From contig CP065013.1 of NCBI GenBank assembly GCA_016700315.1, positions 193,449-257,448 on the forward strand: DNA of 64,000 nt, read 5' to 3'. The notes beneath the pieces were generated by a model that was not told the origin of the DNA, did no database searches, and saw only the letters and a list, made by a program, of their open reading frames with translations. The DNA comes from Candidatus Saccharimonadota bacterium. Its GTDB lineage: Bacteria > Patescibacteriota > Saccharimonadia > Saccharimonadales > SZUA-47. The translations under genes were made by a program, and so were the position numbers. Shown here in pieces: positions 59,098-64,000 of the stretch (positions are counted from its first letter, which is position 1; each line of letters begins with the position of its first letter).

Positions 59098-59319
59098 TTT
59101 ATGCAATCAAGTGGCATAAAAATGACGGGGTCTTGTCTTGTTCCTCCTTTACCCCAAACAATCGGAATTGTTTGGGGGCCCTGATTCAATCTAGTTCCGA
59201 ACTAAGATCAACCCCGTCTATTCTTAAGGCAAAGGCGTTTGCATCTTTACCTCTGTTTTGTTAAAATTAGCTCAACGTAGTGACAGGCGTATCAAGCTTG
59301 GAACTACCAAGCAAGATAC

Positions 59320-59396
59320 GGGCTCGTGGTGTAGAGGCCTAACATGCCTCCCTGTCACGGAGGAGATCGCCGGTTCGAATCCGGTCGAGCCCGCCA
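59320..59396 (+). tRNA. tRNA-Asp(GTC)
   Basis: GGGCTCG acceptor, anticodon loop CTGTCAC, T-loop GGTTCGAATCC, encoded CCA. Confidence 0.88.
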
Positions 59397-59397
59397 T

Positions 59398-59431
59398 AGA
59401 AAAACCGTTACCTTTTAGGTAGCGGTTTTTC
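59398..59431 (+). terminator. terminator after tRNA-Asp
   Basis: GAAAAACCGTTACC-TTTT-AGGTAGCGGTTTTTC. Confidence 0.7.
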
Positions 59432-59705
59432 TATTGACGAGACTTGTCTCGTGAAGCGAATCGGCGAAGCCGGGACGAATCTTGTCAAATATAATCATTT
59501 GCACAAAATATAGCGGATGACGGAATAGCCACTGCTAGTCTGTCATCCAAGCGTTCATCCGGTCTCTTACTAATTAAATAAGATGGGCTTGGCAGGGATT
59601 CTCACCTTAGCGCTAATCAACCAGAAAAGTTTTTACAGCCTATTCGTATCTACAAATCAGATAAGTTAATCCAGCGTGAACTCGAAAGCCCACTGGGCTT
59701 TCTCG

Positions 59706-59776
59706 GGTTCGAATCCGGTCGAGCCCGCAATAGAAAAACCGTTACCTTTTTAGGTAGCGGTTTTTCTATTGACGAG
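59706..59776 (+). repeat. duplicate of the tRNA-Asp 3' part plus its terminator
   Basis: GGTTCGAATCCGGTCGAGCCCGCAATAGAAAAACCGTTACC...CTATTGACGAG matches 59372-59441 with 1 substitution and 1 indel. Confidence 0.85.
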
Positions 59777-59947
59777 GCTTGGCGATCTTGATGGTCTTGT
59801 AAACGCCTGAGATAAACAAAGCACTTTGATTGTTGCATAGCGTATGTGTATCATTCAGAAAGTAACCTTTACCTTTTTATCATAACTCCTGGGGCTTTGC
59901 TCCTCAATTGTCGCTCCTTGACGATTACGGTATTACACACCACATAA

Positions 59948-60055
59948 GGCAGTTTTAGTATCGATATAATCGGAGATTACAGGGCCATTTATAAGTTAAT
60001 TAACGATCAAACGGCAATTTTTACGCATATTGGTACCCATAGCCAACTGCACTAA
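59948..60055 (+). pseudogene. C-terminal fragment of a RelE/ParE-family toxin
   Basis: The frame reads GSFSIDIIGDYRAIYKLINDQTAIFTHIGTHSQLH*, a GDYRxIY...IGxH pattern. The upstream frame is closed by TAA at 59945. Confidence 0.35.
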
Positions 60056-60067
60056 TTTCGGTCCGTC

Positions 60068-60514
60068 CTAGCGTTTCGTGGCCTTTCTGTGCGCCTCCAC
60101 CATTGCATCCATGCCGTTTCTGACGCCGGGACCAGGCAAGTCCTCGGCAATAACAGGGTAGATATGAGCGTGTACTTGGGCTTGGGTTTGGCCGGCTAAA
60201 TCGCCGTTGTTGAAGGCGGGGCCCGTGAAGTGACCAGTAAAGGTTACATTCGCCTTATCGCATAGTTTTTGCGGAGCTGTTTTCATAATCTCTGCTAAGT
60301 CTGCCCATTCTTCGTTTTTTAGATCAGTTACCAAAATAACTTCTCGTTTTGCAATTAATAATCCGGCGGCGGCACCTCGCTTTTGCCTATATTTCTCTGG
60401 CTGTAGCACAAGGTGCCATTGATCGTACTCATAGACATAATTTTCGTCTAGTGGATCGCCAGGTTTTATATACAAAGCAGATGTTCCGGGCTTCAAACGA
60501 AACTCAAATTTCAT
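60068..60514 (-). CDS. HIT-like protein with a degenerate histidine triad
   Basis: NNGDLAGQTQAQVHAHIYPV resembles the HIT motif N.G..AGQ.V.H.H.H..P but reads H-A-H-I-Y. The start is uncertain (60571 or 60514). Confidence 0.45.
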   Translation of the reverse strand: MKFEFRLKPGTSALYIKPGDPLDENYVYEYDQWHLVLQPEKYRQKRGAAAGLLIAKREVILVTDLKNEEWADLAEIMKTAPQKLCDKANVTFTGHFTGPAFNNGDLAGQTQAQVHAHIYPVIAEDLPGPGVRNGMDAMVEAHRKATKR

Positions 60515-60597
60515 AAAAACATTGTAACAAAGTTTTTTCCAAGATTTTCTATAAGCGGGCGTACCTGCCATTTAAAACAATCAATCAACTAATCAAA

Positions 60598-61977
60598 CTA
60601 GACCACAAACGAAGCCATAAGCACCAAAACTGCCAAGGTCATTACTACAAACGCCAATCTGATTAAGAGGTTAGACAGCCAGCTGTTTTTGTAGTTGCCC
60701 ATGACTCGCTTGTTGCTGCCGACCCTAACAATGATGTAAAGTAACGGGATAGCAGCTATACCGTTAAATACTGCCGAGAAAACCAAAGCCTTTACCGGGT
60801 CTAATCCGATAAAATTCATCGCCAGACCCGCTAGCGTAGCCAAGATAATCACAATATAAAAGCCACTTGCACGCTTGAATTTACGATACAAACCTTCCTT
60901 CCAACCAAGCGCCTCACTGATTGCATAAGATGATGATCCGGCAAGAACCGGAACTGCCAGTAGTCCCAAACCAATTATGCCAACTGAGAAAATCAGCTTA
61001 GCAATCAGCCCAGCATTCGGAAAGCCTTGCACCAGCGGCTCCAAAGCCCGCGCAGCATCTGCCGCCGTTGCTATGTTAGTAATCCCGCTCCTGTTAAGCG
61101 TCGACGCACAAGCTATCACAATAAACCAAGCGGTTACACTAGCTAGCGCCATACCAACAAAATTATCTACCCTCAGATTATGAATGAATCTTTTTGTGGC
61201 TTTAGTATCAGTACCAATCTTGGCAACATTGTGCTTTTGTATCTCTTCCTCCACCACTTCAGAAGTATCCCAAAAGAACAAATAAGGTGAAATCGTCGTA
61301 CCAAGCATTCCCACGAACACATAAAGTGCTTCTTTGCTAATACTTGGCACTACGAATGTATCGCGTAGCACCTGCCCCCAATCTTGACCAACCATAAAGG
61401 CGGTCAACGGGTATGCAAGCAGGGTAATCGCTAGCCATTTCAAAAATCTAGCATACGATCGATAGCTGACAAAAACGACCAAAAGCGTTGTTAACACAGC
61501 AAATAAAACTGCCAGAAGCTCAAACGGCAAGTCGACAAAAAGCCTGGTCGTAGCTGCCATCGCGCCGAGGTCTGCGCCAATGTTGACCACATTGGCCGTC
61601 ACTACCAAAAAAACTGCCGCATAAAGTAGTCTTCGGTTATAGTTTTCTTTGATAACTGCTGCCAAGCCCTTGCCGCTGATTGCGCCGATGCGGGCACAAG
61701 ACTCTTGCACCGCCAACAGTAGTGGGAACATGAGAGGAAAAGCCCAGAGTAAACTAGTGCCAAAACCCGCTCCAGCCTGAGAATAGGTAGCTATTCCAGA
61801 AGGATCGTCATCGGCAGCTCCAGTTACAAGGCCGGGCCCCAGCACTCGCAAGAATCTGTTGAAGCGTTTTCTGCTTAGAGCTCCCCTAACAACGCCGATA
61901 GTTTTGCGTTCAGCCCTACCGACCTTTCTCTCGACATCTCTTTCGGTTTTTTTGTATTGCCTAAGTATTTCGCCCAT
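60598..61977 (-). CDS. NRAMP-family divalent metal transporter
   Basis: About 11 TMs with an N-terminal motif LGPGLVTGAADDDPSGIATYSQAGAGFG. Confidence 0.8.
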   Translation of the reverse strand: MGEILRQYKKTERDVERKVGRAERKTIGVVRGALSRKRFNRFLRVLGPGLVTGAADDDPSGIATYSQAGAGFGTSLLWAFPLMFPLLLAVQESCARIGAISGKGLAAVIKENYNRRLLYAAVFLVVTANVVNIGADLGAMAATTRLFVDLPFELLAVLFAVLTTLLVVFVSYRSYARFLKWLAITLLAYPLTAFMVGQDWGQVLRDTFVVPSISKEALYVFVGMLGTTISPYLFFWDTSEVVEEEIQKHNVAKIGTDTKATKRFIHNLRVDNFVGMALASVTAWFIVIACASTLNRSGITNIATAADAARALEPLVQGFPNAGLIAKLIFSVGIIGLGLLAVPVLAGSSSYAISEALGWKEGLYRKFKRASGFYIVIILATLAGLAMNFIGLDPVKALVFSAVFNGIAAIPLLYIIVRVGSNKRVMGNYKNSWLSNLLIRLAFVVMTLAVLVLMASFVV

Positions 61978-62045
61978 CTTACCACCATTTATACTAGCTT
62001 AAGTATCGACCAAAAATCACTAATTAGCAAACATTATTTACAGCT

Positions 62046-63134
62046 TTAACGTGGGGCGGTCGGTATACGAATATACTGCCTAACTGGGTGGTTAGCTTTG
62101 TAGTCATTTAAAAACTCATTAAAGTCCCTGATCGGAATAATTATATGTGCTGCCTTGATTTTGTCACCCTGAATCTCAATATTCTTGACAATTTCATAAG
62201 CAAACCCACCCCTATAAGATACTAGTATAGGCTCCGACACACCGCCCGCTGCTAGTTTATAAAGTGCTTCAATACTCTGAGGGCTCATGTCGCGGTCTGA
62301 TTTTGCCACCAAACCTAATTCGCCACCACTTTGCTTAGTTGCCTCATCCGATGAAGAAGAAAGAACTAAGGCCTTAAAGTCTATGCCTGATCTCAGTTGA
62401 GCAGAAAGATCAGCTGCTCGTTTGGCCGAGTCTTCATCTACTTTAGCGGCTACCCTCTGCTCCAGTAATTCGCCCCTCAAAGAACGCTTATAGTCATCCA
62501 CAGTCCAGCCCCAATAATCCCGAAGTACATCTTCGAACACTTTTTCGCTACCGCCCAAACGATTTTGACTTCGCGCCAGTTCAATCTGATTATTCACGTC
62601 TTGGTCGCTTACCGACACACCTTTATCGGCAGCGACCTGCTTGGTTATCATATCTGCCACCACCTTATCCAAAGCCCTCTGTTTGTAACTTTGTAGTTGC
62701 TGTTTACCCGACTCACTGTCAAAGCTAAGTTTCTGCTGATTTTCATAGTAATGCATATAATGACGCAGCTCAAAAAGATAGTTCTCGTAACTAACAAAGT
62801 TCTTGCTCTGCCTAGCAACGGGAAACGGCAGGACCTGAGTAATCCGATAGACAAAGGTATTGGTCGATTGAAGCTTATAAAGAGAAACTACACAAAAAAT
62901 TATAAACGACAATATCGAACCAATAAAAATAGCCGATGAAACTAATACGATTCTGTGCTTGGAATGCTGAAGGGGGTATATATACTTCCTGGCCCCAGAG
63001 AGCACCTGCTCACGCTGTTCAGCGATTGTCTCACTTGTGATTTTAGGAAAAGCGACTGGCTCCTTCGGAGTACGCTTAACAAGAGCTGTTGCTCTTGCCT
63101 TACTACGACTGACTAAATGTTTAATTTTCTTCAT
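62046..63134 (-). CDS. membrane-anchored parvulin-type peptidyl-prolyl isomerase (SurA/PrsA-like)
   Basis: N-terminal TM, a SurA-N-like region, and a C-terminal PpiC-like segment (SGGELGLV...GFAYEIVK). Confidence 0.55.
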   Translation of the reverse strand: MKKIKHLVSRSKARATALVKRTPKEPVAFPKITSETIAEQREQVLSGARKYIYPLQHSKHRIVLVSSAIFIGSILSFIIFCVVSLYKLQSTNTFVYRITQVLPFPVARQSKNFVSYENYLFELRHYMHYYENQQKLSFDSESGKQQLQSYKQRALDKVVADMITKQVAADKGVSVSDQDVNNQIELARSQNRLGGSEKVFEDVLRDYWGWTVDDYKRSLRGELLEQRVAAKVDEDSAKRAADLSAQLRSGIDFKALVLSSSSDEATKQSGGELGLVAKSDRDMSPQSIEALYKLAAGGVSEPILVSYRGGFAYEIVKNIEIQGDKIKAAHIIIPIRDFNEFLNDYKANHPVRQYIRIPTAPR

Positions 63135-63663
63135 TTGGTTTTTCGCTCTGCACATAAGACGGCTTTTCGTCTAGTTCACCGTACTGTCGCAAAATTTGCG
63201 ATAATTCTCCAACTGTTTTTTCTGGATGATGAACCTCATGGACAACAATATCGCCTAAATAACTCTGCATAACTATTGTACCAAAACCCAGTGCTGTTTG
63301 CTCTATGCCTGCAATTCTGTAATTAAGTGACTGTATTTGCTTAAGGGCAATATCTGAGACGCTACGATTAAAGAGTCCCTTTTGCTTCATCTGTATGAAA
63401 CGCTGATTTGTTACCAAAAACATACTGTAGTACCAGCTCATCCAATAAGGAAACATGATGAGAGCAGCCAGAACCACCCCGCCAATCAGGCCCAGCCAAA
63501 GCAGCGTCATCGTCGGCTTGATTAGAGAGGGCACAGTCCCAGCCAATAACCCGAGCGAACCATAAATCAGCCCCCGACGCATAACAATTGGATGTTTGCG
63601 AAACATCATAAGTAGCTCTTCCCCCTCGAGTTGTCCCCGAAAACTGTTTTGGTTTTTAGCCAT
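63121..63663 (-). CDS. membrane protein with bacterial PH (YdbT/DUF304-like) domain
   Basis: Two TMs followed by a PH-like region. I prefer the ATG at 63663, which has TATAAT 6 nt upstream and no SD. The track extension to 63759 runs into the heptamer array. Confidence 0.5.
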   Translation of the reverse strand: MAKNQNSFRGQLEGEELLMMFRKHPIVMRRGLIYGSLGLLAGTVPSLIKPTMTLLWLGLIGGVVLAALIMFPYWMSWYYSMFLVTNQRFIQMKQKGLFNRSVSDIALKQIQSLNYRIAGIEQTALGFGTIVMQSYLGDIVVHEVHHPEKTVGELSQILRQYGELDEKPSYVQSEKPNEEN

Positions 63664-63689
63664 AAGGGTATTATATACGATAAGGACGA

Positions 63690-64000
63690 GCAGCGAGTAG
63701 TAAGTCCGCCGAAGGTGGACTTGGTGGAACGATGAACGAGGAGGAGAAAACCTAAACACTAGGTAGTATTAAGTATTGTGTATCATGTATGAGTCCACAG
63801 ATAGTAGCAAGTAGTTAGTAGTAAGTAGCAAGCATGAAATTCTAAACTCTAAATCCTAAACAAAGATAGTACCAAGTATTATGTATCATGTATGAATTAG
63901 ACCTTAGACCCTAGACCCTAGACCCTAGACCCTAGACCCTAATCACTCTAACCTCTAACCTCTAACCTAATCTTGGCTCTTGGCTCTTCCATCAACTATA
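63690..64000. repeat. mosaic heptamer array (runs to the window end)
   Basis: Two NNGTATN blocks, GTAGCAA/GTAGTTA/GTAGTAA, TTCTAAA-type runs, TAGACCC x5, TCTAACC x3 and GGCTCTT x2. Confidence 0.9.

Overview
This 64-kb window looks like a chromosomal segment of a small-genome Patescibacteria/CPR bacterium. From memory the 16S reads most like Saccharibacteria/TM7, and this needs a database check. The code is standard 11, since TGA is used as a stop. All coordinates were counted by hand, so boundaries may be off by a few nt.

Content: housekeeping genes (infB, rpsA, gyrA, gyrB, surE, infC-rpmI-rplT, rnpB, rpmB, miaA, thrS, tgt, tsaC, comM-like) and 8 tRNAs. There is an unusual rRNA locus on the minus strand: 16S, 23S and 5S, with a LAGLIDADG-encoding insertion in both 16S and 23S. 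The 16S and 23S-5S units appear to be separate transcription units, and tRNA-Ala and tRNA-Ile lie between them on the opposite strand. The window also holds an intact IS30-family element, a surface/secretion-like cluster (LPXTG protein, VirD4/TraD-like ATPase) and several insertion scars.

Two signals are not explained by ordinary annotation:
(1) A dispersed family of intergenic mosaic arrays built almost entirely of abutting runs of different 7-bp tandem repeats. They resemble cyanobacterial STRR heptamers but sit in a CPR-like genome. At least five large copies and several small ones are present.
(2) A four-copy family of about 220-320-bp structured elements (31.8, 33.6, 41.4 and 53.8 kb). 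These have conserved loop sequences and compensatory changes in their stems. Two copies are about 98 percent identical inverted repeats bracketing 22 kb, and two others bracket a single orphan 434-aa gene.

I could not recognise a known defence or secretion system beyond these observations.
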